A stretch of DNA of 64,000 nucleotides from Callorhinchus milii (taxonomy: Eukaryota), in contig NW_024704742.1 in the NCBI RefSeq assembly GCF_018977255.1, positions 69,132,001 to 69,196,000 of the forward strand, written 5' to 3'. Each line of letters begins with the position of its first letter. The stretch's first letter is position 1. Both the position numbers and the translations under genes were made by a program. The notes under the pieces are model-generated. The model ran no database searches, was not told the DNA's origin, and saw nothing but the letters and a program-made list of their open reading frames with translations. Of the stretch, positions 61,840 to 64,000 are shown in pieces.

Positions 61840-62263
61840 TGGTCTCTAGTCCAGTTCCTGAGCCAGGCGGGTACGTAGTATTCCAGGGCACCGCTGATCA
61901 CAGCTCATCACCACGACTCGGAAGGGCAGACCAGTCACTGGGGTTGGGAAATCCTCCCACTCAACACCTGTTAACCCTGCAAGCCAAAGGCCTAATGGGA
62001 AGGGTGGTCCTAGTTGGACAAGCAGCAGAAAAGCTTCCCAGACAGTGATATTAATGGTAAGCTATGCGGTTTTAGTTGGTTAGACTCCAGCAGTTACTCC
62101 CAACTCACACTCTGGGTCCCCAAGCCTTGGCTCTTGGCAACTTGCACCTAATACTTTCCCAGAATTAGGTAAGCAGGATGCATCCCTCCAGGGAGAGAGT
62201 GTGTATTCCATTCCAACAATCTATCTCTGGGATTTCCGCAGATACCTGGCTGACGAAAAAAAA
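61840..62263 (+). repeat. Unclassified interspersed repeat, internally deleted copy with A-tail
   Basis: Matches 59083-59608 and ends ctggctgacg followed by a run of A. Confidence 0.85.
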
Positions 62264-62855
62264 AGGTAAAAGTCAAAAAGGAAGGTCTTGAGATGGCCCT
62301 TGAAGGAGGCAAGGGAGAGGGTGAGGCATAGGGATTCTGGGATGGAAATTCCAGAGGGTTGGGGCAGAGAGGCTGAAGGTTCGACCATCGATGGTAGACC
62401 GGGCAGGGAGGAGGACATGGAACAGGCCAGTGCCTGCAGGGAACAGGAAGACTTTAATAGGTCACAGAGGTTGGGATGAACAAGACCGTGGTGGGCTTTG
62501 AAAAGATCCCATGGCACTGTTCAAAATGACAAGGTGTTTCTCCCTCCCGATGTCCTGGCCAACAATCCTCCAGATAAAGTTAATCATTTAGCTCATAGCT
62601 GTTTGCAGGAACACTGCTGTGTACATATGGGCTGTTGCATTTGCCACAAAACACACGGTCACTACACTTTATACTATATTTTACCCACAAAATATAGTCA
62701 ATTCACTTTACAGTATATTCCGTGAAGCGCTTTGAGGTTTCTTAACGGTGTGATAAGGTACTATATCAAATGCAAGGATTATTATTATATGTTGTGAAGC
62801 GGCTTTGAGACATCCGCTTCATGTGAAAACCACAACACTGTGTATAATAAGAATA

Positions 62856-63230
62856 AGAATAATCCTTGCATTTGATATAGCGCCTTACCACATCATTTAA
62901 GATGTCTCAAAGCGCTTCACAGAATACACTGTAAAGTGAATTAACTATATTTTATGGCCCGAACCATGGCAGCCAATTGTGCACAGCAGTGTCCCACAAA
63001 CAGTTGTGGATTGAAGTGACCAAATTATTATTATTATTATTTTTGGAAGGAATTATTACTCCGGGAAAAGCGATCCGTCAATTGACTAACAACCGGGTTC
63101 CTACGTACTGCTAGGTAAACAGAAGAGTGCAGAGTAAGGAAACTTGCCCAACATTTTGCCCTGCCGGGAATCAAACCCAGGTCTCTTGCTTGCGAGGCGA
63201 GTGCTCTAACCACTGAGCTACAGGACTCCA
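62856..63230 (-). mobile_element. tRNA-derived SINE (long subfamily)
   Basis: Full copy ending gagctacaggactccac. Confidence 0.9.
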
Positions 63231-63614
63231 CAAATATGAAATGTAAAAAAGTATTTTTAATATAATTTTCACTCATTGAAGCACTCGCTAACAACCCACT
63301 GCAGACACTTTGCAGATTTCAGCAAATAAAATTCAGGAATGTATCTGAAAGCTCTATTCAGGAGATAAGAGACTATTTATGACTCACTAAATTGGAAGAA
63401 CCAGCCATTTAGTGGGAAGAAGAAATACTCATTGAATCTTTGTGAAATGATTCAGATGGATTTGGCATTTCTCACTCAATAAAATACAGCACAATTTACA
63501 TTCATACAGTGCCTTTTGTGATGGTTGATTGCTCAAAGCTTGTCAATGCTGCTGATTACCCGAGTTGGGGGAGAGCCACAGGAGATGGGAAGCGAATCCT
63601 CATATTTTTATAAT

Positions 63615-63970
63615 AATATTTCTTGATACAGTGCCTTATCACGTCATTGAGTGGACTGATGGCGTGTTTTGTGGGCGAAACATGCCGACAATTTTTTTAT
63701 TTGGGAAATTGTTGACCCAGACACCAGGAGAGAGAAACTCCTTTCTCTTTGCAAATAGTGCCGTGGGATCTTTGATGTACAGCTGAACAGGCACAGATGG
63801 GGCCTCGGTTTAACGTCTCATCCGAAAATGCAACTCCAAAAATGCAACACTGCCGCGGCATTGAATTGGGGGTCACTTAAGGTTATGTGATTCCAGTCCC
63901 GAAGTGGTGCTTGAACCCACGACCTTCTGATTGAGAGGCGAGAGCACTACCGACTTAACCAGACTGACCC
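63615..63970 (-). mobile_element. Older Deu-domain-type SINE
   Basis: gtgccgtgggatctttgatgtacagctgaacagg...gggcctcggtttaacgtctcatccgaa. Confidence 0.8.
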
Positions 63971-64000
63971 ACAGGACCAAAAGTAGACAGCTATTACAAA

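Overview
Eukaryotic, repeat-rich vertebrate genomic DNA. The repeat families and protein divergence suggest a cartilaginous fish, possibly a chimaera (inference). Two convergent multi-exon genes are present. (1) EIF2AK3/PERK on the + strand: exons 2-17 lie at 6973-34714, all with GT-AG boundaries and compatible phases, and exon 1 is upstream of the window. The kinase motifs are intact, but exon 5 has an apparent 1-bp deletion giving a premature TGA at 20501. (2) A 5-coding-exon, 378-aa class A aminergic GPCR on the - strand (54746-46012, possibly with an extra upstream exon near 58.5 kb). It does not match a canonical human receptor and mixes 5-HT4/5-HT6-like and H2-like pocket residues. The rest is mostly mobile DNA: about 30 or more copies of two tRNA-derived SINE families sharing a Deu-like 3' half and an L2-type tail, L2 and CR1 LINE fragments, a Tc1/mariner-type MITE, an unclassified ~520-bp repeat with at least 6 copies, a 1.4-kb CT-rich array, and small local duplications that copy splice-site sequence. 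Most entries in the supplied ORF track are repeat-derived or chance ORFs.
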